Of a DNA stretch of 64,000 bases, positions 45,777-56,345 are shown piece after piece. How positions within the stretch are numbered: position 1 is the first letter of the stretch; every line of letters starts with the position of its first letter. The notes under the pieces are model-generated. The model made no database searches, was not told the origin of the DNA, and saw only the letters and a list, made by a program, of their open reading frames with translations. The stretch lies in NCBI GenBank assembly GCA_046704725.1, contig JBJKRI010000006.1:96001-160000 (forward strand), in the 5' to 3' direction. This DNA comes from Candidatus Woesearchaeota archaeon (GTDB lineage Archaea > Nanobdellota > Nanobdellia > Woesearchaeales > SKIA01). The translations under genes were made by a program, and so were the position numbers.

Positions 45777-46829
45777 TTACGGGTTCCCGATATAGGGTCC
45801 CATCGTGCTGCGCGCGATGAACTCATCCGGATCCTCCCAGTACAGCCCGATGGAGAGGACCGCGGAGGCTGTGTACTGCAGGTCGGGCATCCAATCGCTC
45901 TCCTGACCGAGGAACGCTCGCAATGCATCGCGTGGCGGCCACAAGGGCGGAGGCGACGCGTGGGAGAACCGCCGCTCCTGCGCATGGAACCCGAGGAGCC
46001 ATTCCTTGTTCACGGCGAAATGCGAGAGCTCGTGCATGAGCGTGTACCCCCGCAATCGTTGGACGTTCTGCGCGGAGTACTGGGTCACCAGCAGATCGCG
46101 CTGCACCTCGGGGCTGTTGAGATTCATCCGCCAGATCACAGCGAACTGATGTTGATAGGCGGCGCACAACCCAGAGAGATCGCGCAGGCCGATGGTCCCG
46201 AGCGTGTAATCCCCCTGGACCGGCGCCGTGCTCCGCATCGGCTCCATGAAATGGGATGTCTTGGTGAACCAGAAGGTCGGCACGCCCGTGCTCAGCGATT
46301 CCTTGTAGGCGGGGCGCTCGCCGGCGACCAACCGCCAAGCGGTCCCCTCGATGGCCTCGCGGGAGAGATGCACAGAGATGTCGCCGCAGTCGTCGACGAA
46401 ACGGGCGTACAGGTAATGCACAGTCACGCCGGCGCAGGCCCGCCGGCCGTGGATGCTATTGTCGATGGCAGCGCCGAGGACCTCCTGGCTCCCCGTGTAC
46501 AGGGGGCCGAAGGTCGAGCCGTCCATGACGGCCTGCTGCTGCAAGAAGATGCCGGCGCTCCGCAGCGCCTCAGGAACGAGCAAGCGCTTCGCGGCATGCA
46601 GGAAGGACTGTCCCTCGAGGCTCGCGCGATACGCGTCGACGATCGTCCGGAGCGCCGTGAGCGCGACGAGATTGTTGAAGCGGAAACCCTCGGGGTGCGC
46701 CGGTCGGTAGACGGACAATGCAGGAGGGGCTTCAGACGGCAATTGCTGCGCGGCGAGCGGCGCCGCCGAGAAGACCGTCGCTGCGAGGCCGGCCGCGAGC
46801 GCGCGCCAGCGCAAGCCCCCTTTACCCAT
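45777..46829 (-). CDS. Secreted hypothetical protein with HExxH (paralog B)
   Basis: Signal ending PLAAQ; MHELSH; DPDEF; colinear similarity with 32889-33950. Confidence 0.75.
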   Translation of the reverse strand: MGKGGLRWRALAAGLAATVFSAAPLAAQQLPSEAPPALSVYRPAHPEGFRFNNLVALTALRTIVDAYRASLEGQSFLHAAKRLLVPEALRSAGIFLQQQAVMDGSTFGPLYTGSQEVLGAAIDNSIHGRRACAGVTVHYLYARFVDDCGDISVHLSREAIEGTAWRLVAGERPAYKESLSTGVPTFWFTKTSHFMEPMRSTAPVQGDYTLGTIGLRDLSGLCAAYQHQFAVIWRMNLNSPEVQRDLLVTQYSAQNVQRLRGYTLMHELSHFAVNKEWLLGFHAQERRFSHASPPPLWPPRDALRAFLGQESDWMPDLQYTASAVLSIGLYWEDPDEFIARSTMGPYIGNP

Positions 46830-46933
46830 GCCGCAGACCGAGAAGCGGAGGTATATATTCCTTATCGAAGAGTAGGGTCTCACTGGACGCGCAGGCAGAC
46901 GCTTTATAAACAATCGTCCGCGAAAAGCCAAGA

Positions 46934-48913
46934 ATGGACGACGTCGACCATCTCGCCATCCTCTCGACGGTGCGGGAACTGCCCTTCCATGTGGGCAAGA
47001 GCACGCTCGTGGACATCCTCTCCGGAGCGGTGACCAAGAAGATGGTGGTGAACGACACCTACATGGAGCTCCAGGGCTACGGCAGCCTCGAAGGAGCGTC
47101 CAAGGACGCGATCGCCACGATGGTGGACAAGCTCGTGCGCAACGGCCTGCTCCGCATCGAGAGCCCCGAGGACAAGCCCTACTGGAAGCTCCTCGCGCTG
47201 ACCGCGCGTGGAGCGAAAGAGCTCAAGGAACCGAGCTTCCAGGACGCGGCCTACACAGGCCATTTCGAGACGGACGCGATGGATGCGGATAGCAAAGCGC
47301 TCATGGAGCAGTTCTCGTTCTTCCTCGAACGATATAACGACGAGCAGCGCCACGCCATCGTGTGCCCCGCGAGACGGGTGCGGTGCGTGGCCGGGGCGGG
47401 GAGCGGCAAGACCGCCGTCTTGACTGCGCGCGCGCAGTTCCTCACGCGCTTCCGCGGCGTCGCGCCGGAAGACGTGCTGGCCATCACCTTCACCAGGAAA
47501 GCGCGCAAGGAGTTGCAGGAGCGGCTCGGCACGCCCGTGCATGCCACGACGTTCAACGCGTTCTGCGAACGATTGCTCCGGAAAAATGGTCAGGGAAAAC
47601 CATTGGTCATGTACAAGCAGAGGATCCAGCTCTTCCGGGAAGCGATTGCTGGGATGGGCATCGAACCGGCAGCGCTCGTGCACGAATACTTCACGCCAGC
47701 ACAACGAAAAGAGCACCAGAAGGACGAGCTCCTCCGAAGGCTCATGAGCGACGTGTACGGCATCCTCGACCACTACGCGAACGAGGACGCCGACATCCCC
47801 ACGACCGGGGCGTCCCCGCTCGCCACCACACTGCTGCGCGTCGCACGACGCATCGCGCAAGCGATGGACGAGAAAGGCGTGCGCGACTACAGCGGGCAAC
47901 TGCGCGACGCGCTCTCATTCTTACGGAAGAGGCCGGAAGCGATTCCACGCTACGAGCACGTCCTCGTGGACGAGTACCAGGACGTGAACACCGCACAACA
48001 AGCGCTCCTCGAACTGCTCTCTCCGAAGCACCTGTTCGTCGTGGGGGACCCGCGACAGAGCATCTTCGGCTGGCGAGGAAGCCAGGTCGGATTCATCACC
48101 GAATTTGACGCGGACGTGACCGTGCAGCTGCGAAAGAACTACCGATCCGCGCGACGCGTCATCGAGCTCATGAACGCGACCATCGCGCCCATGGGACTGC
48201 CTGACCTCGCGACGACCACGGAAGAGGAAGGAGCATTGCAAGTCCTCTTCTACAAGAACGAGGACGAAGAACGCGCAGGTGTGGCGTCGCTCTTGGCGGC
48301 GGCGAACCACGACGACGTCTTCGTGCTCGCGCGGACGAACAGGCAGCTCGAGGAGCTCTCGGCGCTGCTCTCAAGGAACGGCGTTGCGCACACGCTGCGC
48401 CATGAGGAGGACGAGACGGACGCGACGGGCATCACACTGTCCACGGTGCACGCCATCAAGGGGCTCGAGGCGCGCGCGGTCATCGTCATGGGGTGCGCGG
48501 AACGGCACTTCCCCTGCAAGGTATCGGACCATCCGGTCATGGACCTCATCAAGGACCCATCCTTCGACAAGGAAGAGGAGGAACTGCGATTGCTGTACGT
48601 CGCCTTGTCGCGCGCGAAAGAGACCCTCGTTCTGACGCACGCGGGCGCCCAGAGCCGGTTCCTCGAAAAACCGCTCGCCCCCAAGCGGCACGGCCGCGAC
48701 GACGGTGCGTACGAGAGGCTGCGGCGCTGGCGAGCGCAGCAAGCGGCGAGCAAGGGATTGCCAGCGTACTGCATCTGCACGGACAAGACCTTGCGCGAGC
48801 TCACAGAGCTCCGCCCGCGCACCGCAGGAGAGCTCGAACAGGTGCACGGTATGGGACCTGCGCGCGTGGCGGAGTACGGCGACGCCCTGCTCGCGGAACT
48901 CCAAAAGCTTTAG
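46934..48913 (+). CDS. UvrD/Rep-like SF1 helicase with N-terminal RQC-like winged helix and C-terminal HRDC
   Basis: AGAGSGKT, VDEYQD, VGDPRQSIF, NYRS, STVHAIKGLE, YVALSRAK; N-terminal VGKSTLVDILSG; C-terminal LRRWR...PAYCICTDKTL. Confidence 0.92.
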   Translation: MDDVDHLAILSTVRELPFHVGKSTLVDILSGAVTKKMVVNDTYMELQGYGSLEGASKDAIATMVDKLVRNGLLRIESPEDKPYWKLLALTARGAKELKEPSFQDAAYTGHFETDAMDADSKALMEQFSFFLERYNDEQRHAIVCPARRVRCVAGAGSGKTAVLTARAQFLTRFRGVAPEDVLAITFTRKARKELQERLGTPVHATTFNAFCERLLRKNGQGKPLVMYKQRIQLFREAIAGMGIEPAALVHEYFTPAQRKEHQKDELLRRLMSDVYGILDHYANEDADIPTTGASPLATTLLRVARRIAQAMDEKGVRDYSGQLRDALSFLRKRPEAIPRYEHVLVDEYQDVNTAQQALLELLSPKHLFVVGDPRQSIFGWRGSQVGFITEFDADVTVQLRKNYRSARRVIELMNATIAPMGLPDLATTTEEEGALQVLFYKNEDEERAGVASLLAAANHDDVFVLARTNRQLEELSALLSRNGVAHTLRHEEDETDATGITLSTVHAIKGLEARAVIVMGCAERHFPCKVSDHPVMDLIKDPSFDKEEEELRLLYVALSRAKETLVLTHAGAQSRFLEKPLAPKRHGRDDGAYERLRRWRAQQAASKGLPAYCICTDKTLRELTELRPRTAGELEQVHGMGPARVAEYGDALLAELQKL

Positions 48914-48937
48914 TACCCTCCTGCACGGGAAAGGTCC

Positions 48938-49150
48938 ATGCCCAAGCGCGCGACAGCAGCACTCATCCTCGGCATCCTCGCTCTCGTGACCGGACCGGTC
49001 ACGGGAGTCCCCGCCATCATCCTCGGTGTTCGGGCGAAGCGAGCCGACGAGGGAGCGCTCGCGTACGCGGGGCTCGTGCTCGGCTGGATCGGCACGCTGT
49101 GGATACTCCTGCTCGCAGCCACATTCCTTTTCGCCTGGAGCAAGGCGTAA
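48938..49150 (+). CDS. DUF4190-like membrane protein
   Basis: AALILGIL...AIILG...LAYAGLVLGWIG. Confidence 0.75.
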   Translation: MPKRATAALILGILALVTGPVTGVPAIILGVRAKRADEGALAYAGLVLGWIGTLWILLLAATFLFAWSKA

Positions 49151-49183
49151 GCGATTTAAAGAGCGCCCTGTCGCTCACCGAAC

Positions 49184-49585
49184 ATGCAGTGGAAACGGCT
49201 ACGCGAGCCCGTAGTAATAATCCCCCTGGGATACGTCATCACCCTCGGGGCGTTCCTCGCGCCGTCGTACCAGCGGCAAGTGAAAGCATCGCTGAAGGAT
49301 ACCTTGACCAACGACGTGCAGCATGCCCAGCAAGTGACCGGGGCGCTCGAGCGACGCCTTAATGATTCGCGCATCCCCATCGAGCACCGGGCACGGGCCG
49401 CGCCCTACGTGCAGAGCGCCGACTCATCGTTCAGATCGCTCGCCGAACGATTGCAGAGACCGTCGACGGACAGCATCAGCACCTACCAGGCCGAGGCGCT
49501 GCAGGCGTGCGACAACGCGCGGCGCGCCGAAAGACTGCTGCAGGACACGATATACTCCGGCTGCGCAACGCGCTCAGGGCTCTAG
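49184..49585 (+). CDS. Hypothetical membrane-anchored helical protein
   Basis: N-terminal TM; TTTAAA about 28 bp upstream. Confidence 0.55.
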   Translation: MQWKRLREPVVIIPLGYVITLGAFLAPSYQRQVKASLKDTLTNDVQHAQQVTGALERRLNDSRIPIEHRARAAPYVQSADSSFRSLAERLQRPSTDSISTYQAEALQACDNARRAERLLQDTIYSGCATRSGL

Positions 49586-52500
49586 GACTGCTGCTCGAAG
49601 GACGGCGCCTGATCCATCGCATGCTCCCAACCCTCATTCGGAGGGCTCTTGGGCGGGCGGTGCGCGCGGTATTCGTGCCAAGCGTACGCGCCGATCGCGA
49701 TGACGGCGATGGCGAGGAGGACCCAACCGATCCAGCCGTTGCCGCCGCTCGGCGGGGGCGGCGTCGCCGTCGTGTTCGTGACGTTCTTCGGCGGCGTCGA
49801 GTTGGACGCGTTCGGATTCTGCTCGGGCGGTGGGGTGCCGGGCTTGGTCGGGGGCTGTTGTGTGATCGTGGAGTTCGTCGAGGGCTGCGTGGTCGGCGTG
49901 TTCGAGGCGGCGAACGATACCGCGAACGGGCTGAAGCCCGGCGTGCGCGCCTCGTAGGTGACCGACGTACTGTTCTGCGAGACGACTCCCGTGGGCAATT
50001 GCTGCCAGCCGTTCACGTAGTGCAAGAGGACGACGCCATAGACAGAGTAGCCGTGCGACGTGATCCAGCTCTTCGGGACGGAGAAGCGGATGGTCGCGTC
50101 ACCGACGAGCGAGCTGTCGGGCAGTCCTGTCGTATTGATGTCGAAGTACTGGTAGACCGGCCGTCCCACAGGATGCGGAGCGGACGTCTGGCCGATGGTC
50201 ATGCTCGCGTAGGCGAGGGTCTCGTTCACCTGGAAAGCGATGCGCATCACCGAAACGTTGGACGCGGGGACGGTCCACGTGTTCGAGCCGCCCGCCGAGA
50301 GCAATCCCCAGGTCTGGGTGGCGACCTTGGACACGGCCGAGGGAAGCGTGACGTAGCCACCACCGCCACCGCCACCGCCGCCACCAGTGGATGAGGTGCA
50401 GGATTGCGTCTGCGTGTCGGTCGTGTTCCCGCCGCCATAGCAGGTGCGGGTGCCCGTGCGCGACTGCGAGCTCGACGAGCACGCGCTCCAACTGCCGTAG
50501 GTGTACGTCGTGGTGCACGCCGCGGGCGTGATGGAGACATTGTTCGTCGGTCCGAGCGTGCTGTTGAGGTTGCCGCCATCGTCCTTGACGACGACCACGT
50601 AGATGTAGTTCGTGCCCGTCGTCGCGTTCGTATCCGTGTAGGAGGCGCTGGTGGACGTGTTGAGGGCTGCGCTCGTGTTGCTCGTGTTGAGCGCGCTCAC
50701 GTTCGTCGTGCGATAGATGTAATAGACGTTGCCGTGCGTCTCGGCGTTGCCTGCCGTGTCATTCGTCACGGCGGTCCAGGTGAGGGCGACGCTGCCGTCG
50801 GTATTCGTCGTCGCGTTCAGCGACGTGGGCGAGGACGGCGCGATCGTGTCGTTCGCCGTCACGTTCTGCGCCGTGAAGGTCGTGTTCTCATGGCCCAGAG
50901 AATTGACCGTCGTGACCGCGTACCAGTACGTCGTGTTGCTCACGGTCGTGTTGTCCGTGTAATCCAGTCCGCTGACGGTGGCGAGCGCCGACAGGCCCGA
51001 GAGGTTGGAGAACGAGGAGGCCTTGCGGTAGACCTTGTAGGAGACAGCGTCGGTCACGTTCGTCCAGTTGAGCTCGACGTTGCCGTCATGGTCCGTGTCG
51101 GCGACGGTGAAGACGGTCTGGTTAGGCACCGACAGGTTCACCGCGGTGAAGGTCTGCGTCGCCGAGGAGACCGCGTTTCCCGCCTCGTCGACGGCCGATA
51201 CGCTCCAATCGTAGAGGCCGGCCGCGAGGGTCCTGTTGAGGACCATGGTGCCGTTGGCCATCTGCCCCGTGCCGTTGGCCGTGCCGTTGACGTAGAGCGT
51301 ATAGTTGATGGTCGAGGCGAGGTTGTCGGTGAGCGTGAAGTTGAAGCCGACCGACGTGGATGTGTTGGAGCCGTTCGCCGGAGCGTTGATCGTGATGCTC
51401 GGCGCGGTCGTGTCCACCGTCACGGCCGTGGCGGACGTGTTGATCGCGTTGCCCGCATCGTCGGTCGCCTGGAGGACGAGAGAGTGGTTGCCCTGCGCGA
51501 GCGTCGGTGTGAGGTTTTCTGCCACGCCCGAGGACGCGTTCCCGCTGAGCGAGGCGGAACCGTCCACGAATAGCGTGTAGTTGATCGGGTCCGCGATATT
51601 GTCTGAGACGTTTATCCTCACGGTCGGCGTGGTGGTGTTCACGGACACGCCGCTCGACGGTGAGAGGATGGCCGCTGTCGGTGCGGTGCTGTCGACATGA
51701 AGCGTGAGGGATGTGCTGTTCACGCTGTTGCCGGCGTCGTCAGTGGCCTGCACGACGACGTTGTGCGTACCGTCCGCCAAGGAGGAGAGGTTCACGCTCT
51801 TCGCCGTGTTGTTGGTCGCGTTGCCGGTGGCGCTCGACGAGCCGTCCACGAATACCGTGTAATTGATGCTCGACGAATAGTCGTCAGTGAGCGTGAAGGT
51901 GATCTGCGGGGTGCTATCATTGGTCCATGAATCGTTCGCCGGCGCGGATATCGTGGATGTCGGTGGTGCTGTCGCGTTGAGCGTGATGTTGATGTCCTGA
52001 CTGCTGTTGAGCACGACCGAGCTGTTGTTCGCGAGCGTCGCGAGGACCGATATGGGATAGACACCGGAGGCGTTCGCCGAGACGGTGAGGTTGAACGACT
52101 CGGTCGCGTTCGACGCGATGGCGACGCTATTCCGCGTCGTGCTTCCGTTGAGCCAGGCAGAGACCCCGGGGGGAGCGTCCACGCTGAAGTTGTATGTCTC
52201 GCTCGTGTTCATGGTGTTGTTCGCGGAGAAGAGCATGCTCGTGTTCGCGTCGACGAGCGCGGAGAGGTTGTCAGTCGTCTGGTTCGCATACACCAGGGTG
52301 TAGGTCGTGCTGCCCGCGGTATAGCTGCTGAAGCCGAAAGAAGCGGGTACCTGCCATGTGCTTGACATGGCCGTGGTGGACAGCAATTGGACGCCCGGGG
52401 AGTTGCTGATGTCCGTGCAGTTGGTGCCATTATCGGCGCAGTGATAGAGCTTGTCGCCCGGATAGGGTATCTGCAGCTCGATGCTCTGCGCGCCGAGCTT

Positions 52501-55500
52501 CTGCGCGAGCGTCGACCAGGCGCTGTGGCCGATGCCGATGAGCGTGGAGTTGCCCTGCGCCTGCGCGATGAGGTCTCCGCTGAGGTCGAGGAGCGACGTG
52601 TCAGTGAGGTCGACGTCCTCGAAGGTGATGGACCAGTTGGTGCTCGCATTCGCGTTCGGGTTGCGCAGCGTCAGGTTCACGTCAACGTAGTTCTGCCCGA
52701 AGGTTAGGGTGCTGTTCGTATTGTACGACGTCCCGTTCACGATGATGGAGAGGTTGCCGAGATAGCTCGATGGGGTGCCGTTCGGCGTGAAGTTGAACAT
52801 GACCGCGGTGCTCGCGGCCGACGACGCCGTCGTGAAGTTGATGCACGCGGACAGACCAGTGTTATTCGCGTAGTCGATGTTCTGGATCCGGTAGAAGTAC
52901 GTGCTGTTCGGCGTGAGGGAGTAGTTGAGGGTCTTCTGGCCGAGGAAGAGCTGGTGCCAGGGCCGGAAGACGTCGTTCGCCACGTTCTGCGGGCCGAGGT
53001 CCACGATCGTACTATTGAGCGTCGAGCACGTGGAATCGTTCTTGTAGAAGAGGATGGAGCCGTTCGTCGGCTCGCTCGACACCCAGCGCACGACCGCGCC
53101 GTTGGTGAACTGGTTGCCGTTGCTCGTCTGGATCGTCGGGCGCGTCACGTCCGCGGAGACGTTGTACGAGCCCTTGCACTGCGGCGCGAGCTCGCAGTCA
53201 GGGTCGGCGCAGTTCACCAGGCCATTGCCGTTCTCGTCACCGGGAGCGATGCAGTCCTCGACGGGCATGAAGTTCCCCTGGCCGAGGAGCGCGAACGTGG
53301 CGCCGCACGAACTCGGGTTCTGGAAGCAATCGACGGGCTTGACGTCCATGGTTCCAGGAGTATAGTAGACATTGCTGATAGCGTCGTACGCGGAGAGGTT
53401 GCTCACGTTGCTCCAACTGCCGTTGATGACCGCTCCCATGAAACGCATGTTGCCGGTGGGATTCCCGAGGGAGGATTGCGCGATCATCACCGCGGCAGCG
53501 GACTGCTGCGGTGAGCACTCGACGGGAGTGGATTGGGACTGATTCGGGCCGGTCGACATGGTGGCTGGAGAGAGCGCCGCGTCACGCACGACCCAGGTGC
53601 CGTTATAGCAGGCGTAGAAGAGCTTCTCCTGACCGGATTCGTTGACCTGGGTGTAGTTCCCGTACTTGAGCATGTACTCGAAACCGGTGTAATTGACGCT
53701 GTTGACCGTGACGTTGCATCCCGTCGAAGCATTCGCGTCGGTATCGATGAGGTACATGAACTTCATGTCCGTGATATTGCCGCCGCACGCCTTGAGGTCG
53801 GTGAGATTGTGCATCATCATCCCGACTCCCATGCCGTACGTGCTAATCGCGATGCCGAAGCCACCGATGCTCACGTTCGAGGACGCATTATCGGGCGGAT
53901 CCGCCTTGAGGCGCAGAATCTTCCCCATCCCCTCGCCGAGCTTCATCTTGAGCGCCTGTGTGCCGGTGAGCCCTTGGTATGGACCAGTAAGGGTGTTGAG
54001 GTTCCCACCACAGCTCAATGCGTTCGCGCACTGCGGGTCGGCGCAGTCGACAAGGCCGTTGCCGTTGTCGTCGACACCGTTGAAGCAGATCTCCGTGTTC
54101 GGCGCGCTCTGACAGACCGACCAGGTGCTGTTCCAGTTCCAGCCCGCCGCGGCGCACGTCGTGTTGGTGTAACAGTCGGCAGGGTTCGCGGCGCACGTGG
54201 TCTTGAGCCCCTTGATGTCGCACCAGCCGCCCGGGTTGAACGTGTCGTTGTACCACTGGCAACCGCCCCAGTCCTTCCCGCCGTTCGCGTTGCTGTTGGC
54301 GCACTGGTCCTGCGTGAAGCAGCTGCCGCACGCCGCGTCACAACTGCCGCCAGTGATCTGCGAGGGATTGAACTGTTCGGTGCACATGCCCGTGCTGCCG
54401 TTGGGCAGGCTCACGCTCGACTGCCACTGACAGTCGCCGATGCCGTTGTTCGCGTTATCGTTGCACGACGTGCTGTTCTTGATGACGAAGCATCCGGCGG
54501 TGGAGTTGAAGGCCTTGAAGTCCGGGTTGCACAGCCCGTCGGTCGAGTTGAAGGCCTGCCAGACGCACTTGTAGTTCTTCGTGTTGTTCACGCACGACGA
54601 CGCGTTCGTGTGGTCGAATAGGTAACACGCGCCCTGGTCGGGCGGCGGGCCGTTGACGAGGAAAGACGAGTAGTTCTGCGAACCGACGCCGCCGAAGTTC
54701 GTGAGGAAGTCGATCGGGTTCGCCGTGTGCTGGCTGACGTTGAAGGTGTTGGTCTCGAAGTTGAGCTTCGGCGTGATGTTGCCGAAGGCCGCGGTCTTGT
54801 TCACGACGAGCGTGATGCCCTGCTCCTTCGGGTCCGTGGCCGAACAGTTGTAATAGATGAAGGTGTCGTTCGCGCTGATGCTCGTGTTCGCATAGAAGCT
54901 GATGCCGTTCGAGTCGGAGCCGTTTGGATTGTGCTGGGTGAAGAGCGTCTTGTTGCTGTCGGGGAAGTACCAGATCTGGTAGTCAGAGCCGGGATAGCAG
55001 CTCTCGTTGTTCGGGTTGCAGCCGGTGCTCTGGTTGTTGTCGATGTCGAACTCCACGACGAAGGCGACGCTCTTGTTCGTGCCGTCGCAGACGCTCATGT
55101 TGCTGCTGACGGCGAACGGCCCGCTGATGTGCCAGGCCATGTAGTCACCCTGCTGCTCGGTCCAGACGGCAGCAGTATCATAGTTGACGTCGCCCTTGCC
55201 GTTGCACGCGTCCGTCCCGTTGCTCGAGTGCGTGTTGCAGCAGTTCTCACCGGGCGTGGTGAAGCTGCCCGCGTACTGCGGGTTACGATAGCAGCCGGGA
55301 CCGCGCGCGACGTACGGCGCGCCGGGGAAGGTGAAGTTCGCGGCGGCAGCGAGGAACTTCGCCGACTGCGCGTGGCTCCACAAGGGACTATAGTTGCTCT
55401 GCGGACCTTGTCCGCCGGGCGCGGTATTGATCGTGATGCTGCGCGAGTCGTTGGTCAGGTTCGTCCCGTTCTCATCCTTGAGTGTAGCGTTGACGCTCGT

Positions 55501-56256
55501 CGTGCCGTTGAGGGCCGCGGTGGCGTTCATACTATAGAACAGCGAATTGTTGCCCGTGATATTGAAGGTCCACCGCAACTCCCCGTTCGTGTGGTTGTCG
55601 ACCGTAGGGGTCGGCGAGGATGACGTGTAATTGAGGTATGTCGGCGCATAATCGAGGTACAAGGTGAGGTTGCTGGCGTTCTGCGTCTGCAGGTTGGTGA
55701 CGTTGACGCTGATGTCGACGGTGTCGTTCACGTTCACGCTCGTCGGCATGGAGATCAGGACCTGGTATGACGGGCCGGTCGTTGTGATATTGAGGGGGAT
55801 CGTGACGTTCTTCAGCGAGACGTTGGATGAGTTACGAACATCAGCGTACGCTTGCGTGTTCCCGTTCTGCAGGGCGGTGTAGTTGGCCGCGACGATGAAG
55901 GATTGATTCGGTTGGAGGTTGAGGATGTTCCAGAGAATGTACTGACTGGAGTTCTGCGTGCTGTTGCCGTATGTGCCGTTGCTCGCGGTGAAGTTGAGGT
56001 AGCTCGTGTCCGTCATCTCCATGACGGTGAAGTTCGTGTAGTTGACGCTGTCGTTGTTGGTGAGGTTCAGGATGTAGCTGACTGTAGTACTGGGATGCGC
56101 AGGACCAGATATCTGGTACATGTGGAATTGGACGGCGCTCACAGCACCAATGCTCGCCAGAAGAAGGAGTACAGCGATAAATGCAGTCTGCGCGTTGCTT
56201 CGCTTGCTCTTCACTTTTCCCTCCGCTCCCGGAACGTGTAGCGCCCTCGCCTTCAT
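49582..56256 (-). CDS. Giant (2224 aa) surface glycoprotein with Cys-rich, Ig-like, FN3, TSP1-like and PGF-pre-PGF domains
   Basis: Signal; very dense NxS/T sequons; DxNGNGLVxCADPxC twice; WSACS..SQSRT; poly-Gly; FSVPKSW...TPGFSPFAV; C-terminal TM. Confidence 0.92.
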   Translation of the reverse strand: MKARALHVPGAEGKVKSKRSNAQTAFIAVLLLLASIGAVSAVQFHMYQISGPAHPSTTVSYILNLTNNDSVNYTNFTVMEMTDTSYLNFTASNGTYGNSTQNSSQYILWNILNLQPNQSFIVAANYTALQNGNTQAYADVRNSSNVSLKNVTIPLNITTTGPSYQVLISMPTSVNVNDTVDISVNVTNLQTQNASNLTLYLDYAPTYLNYTSSSPTPTVDNHTNGELRWTFNITGNNSLFYSMNATAALNGTTSVNATLKDENGTNLTNDSRSITINTAPGGQGPQSNYSPLWSHAQSAKFLAAAANFTFPGAPYVARGPGCYRNPQYAGSFTTPGENCCNTHSSNGTDACNGKGDVNYDTAAVWTEQQGDYMAWHISGPFAVSSNMSVCDGTNKSVAFVVEFDIDNNQSTGCNPNNESCYPGSDYQIWYFPDSNKTLFTQHNPNGSDSNGISFYANTSISANDTFIYYNCSATDPKEQGITLVVNKTAAFGNITPKLNFETNTFNVSQHTANPIDFLTNFGGVGSQNYSSFLVNGPPPDQGACYLFDHTNASSCVNNTKNYKCVWQAFNSTDGLCNPDFKAFNSTAGCFVIKNSTSCNDNANNGIGDCQWQSSVSLPNGSTGMCTEQFNPSQITGGSCDAACGSCFTQDQCANSNANGGKDWGGCQWYNDTFNPGGWCDIKGLKTTCAANPADCYTNTTCAAAGWNWNSTWSVCQSAPNTEICFNGVDDNGNGLVDCADPQCANALSCGGNLNTLTGPYQGLTGTQALKMKLGEGMGKILRLKADPPDNASSNVSIGGFGIAISTYGMGVGMMMHNLTDLKACGGNITDMKFMYLIDTDANASTGCNVTVNSVNYTGFEYMLKYGNYTQVNESGQEKLFYACYNGTWVVRDAALSPATMSTGPNQSQSTPVECSPQQSAAAVMIAQSSLGNPTGNMRFMGAVINGSWSNVSNLSAYDAISNVYYTPGTMDVKPVDCFQNPSSCGATFALLGQGNFMPVEDCIAPGDENGNGLVNCADPDCELAPQCKGSYNVSADVTRPTIQTSNGNQFTNGAVVRWVSSEPTNGSILFYKNDSTCSTLNSTIVDLGPQNVANDVFRPWHQLFLGQKTLNYSLTPNSTYFYRIQNIDYANNTGLSACINFTTASSAASTAVMFNFTPNGTPSSYLGNLSIIVNGTSYNTNSTLTFGQNYVDVNLTLRNPNANASTNWSITFEDVDLTDTSLLDLSGDLIAQAQGNSTLIGIGHSAWSTLAQKLGAQSIELQIPYPGDKLYHCADNGTNCTDISNSPGVQLLSTTAMSSTWQVPASFGFSSYTAGSTTYTLVYANQTTDNLSALVDANTSMLFSANNTMNTSETYNFSVDAPPGVSAWLNGSTTRNSVAIASNATESFNLTVSANASGVYPISVLATLANNSSVVLNSSQDINITLNATAPPTSTISAPANDSWTNDSTPQITFTLTDDYSSSINYTVFVDGSSSATGNATNNTAKSVNLSSLADGTHNVVVQATDDAGNSVNSTSLTLHVDSTAPTAAILSPSSGVSVNTTTPTVRINVSDNIADPINYTLFVDGSASLSGNASSGVAENLTPTLAQGNHSLVLQATDDAGNAINTSATAVTVDTTAPSITINAPANGSNTSTSVGFNFTLTDNLASTINYTLYVNGTANGTGQMANGTMVLNRTLAAGLYDWSVSAVDEAGNAVSSATQTFTAVNLSVPNQTVFTVADTDHDGNVELNWTNVTDAVSYKVYRKASSFSNLSGLSALATVSGLDYTDNTTVSNTTYWYAVTTVNSLGHENTTFTAQNVTANDTIAPSSPTSLNATTNTDGSVALTWTAVTNDTAGNAETHGNVYYIYRTTNVSALNTSNTSAALNTSTSASYTDTNATTGTNYIYVVVVKDDGGNLNSTLGPTNNVSITPAACTTTYTYGSWSACSSSSQSRTGTRTCYGGGNTTDTQTQSCTSSTGGGGGGGGGGYVTLPSAVSKVATQTWGLLSAGGSNTWTVPASNVSVMRIAFQVNETLAYASMTIGQTSAPHPVGRPVYQYFDINTTGLPDSSLVGDATIRFSVPKSWITSHGYSVYGVVLLHYVNGWQQLPTGVVSQNSTSVTYEARTPGFSPFAVSFAASNTPTTQPSTNSTITQQPPTKPGTPPPEQNPNASNSTPPKNVTNTTATPPPPSGGNGWIGWVLLAIAVIAIGAYAWHEYRAHRPPKSPPNEGWEHAMDQAPSFEQQS

Positions 56257-56345
56257 TTAAATCACTGTGTGACGACTGGATGTAAGTAAATCGGCAACCC
56301 CGAAAAAATCCAAATTTATATTCTAGTTGTGTTATTAGTATATTG

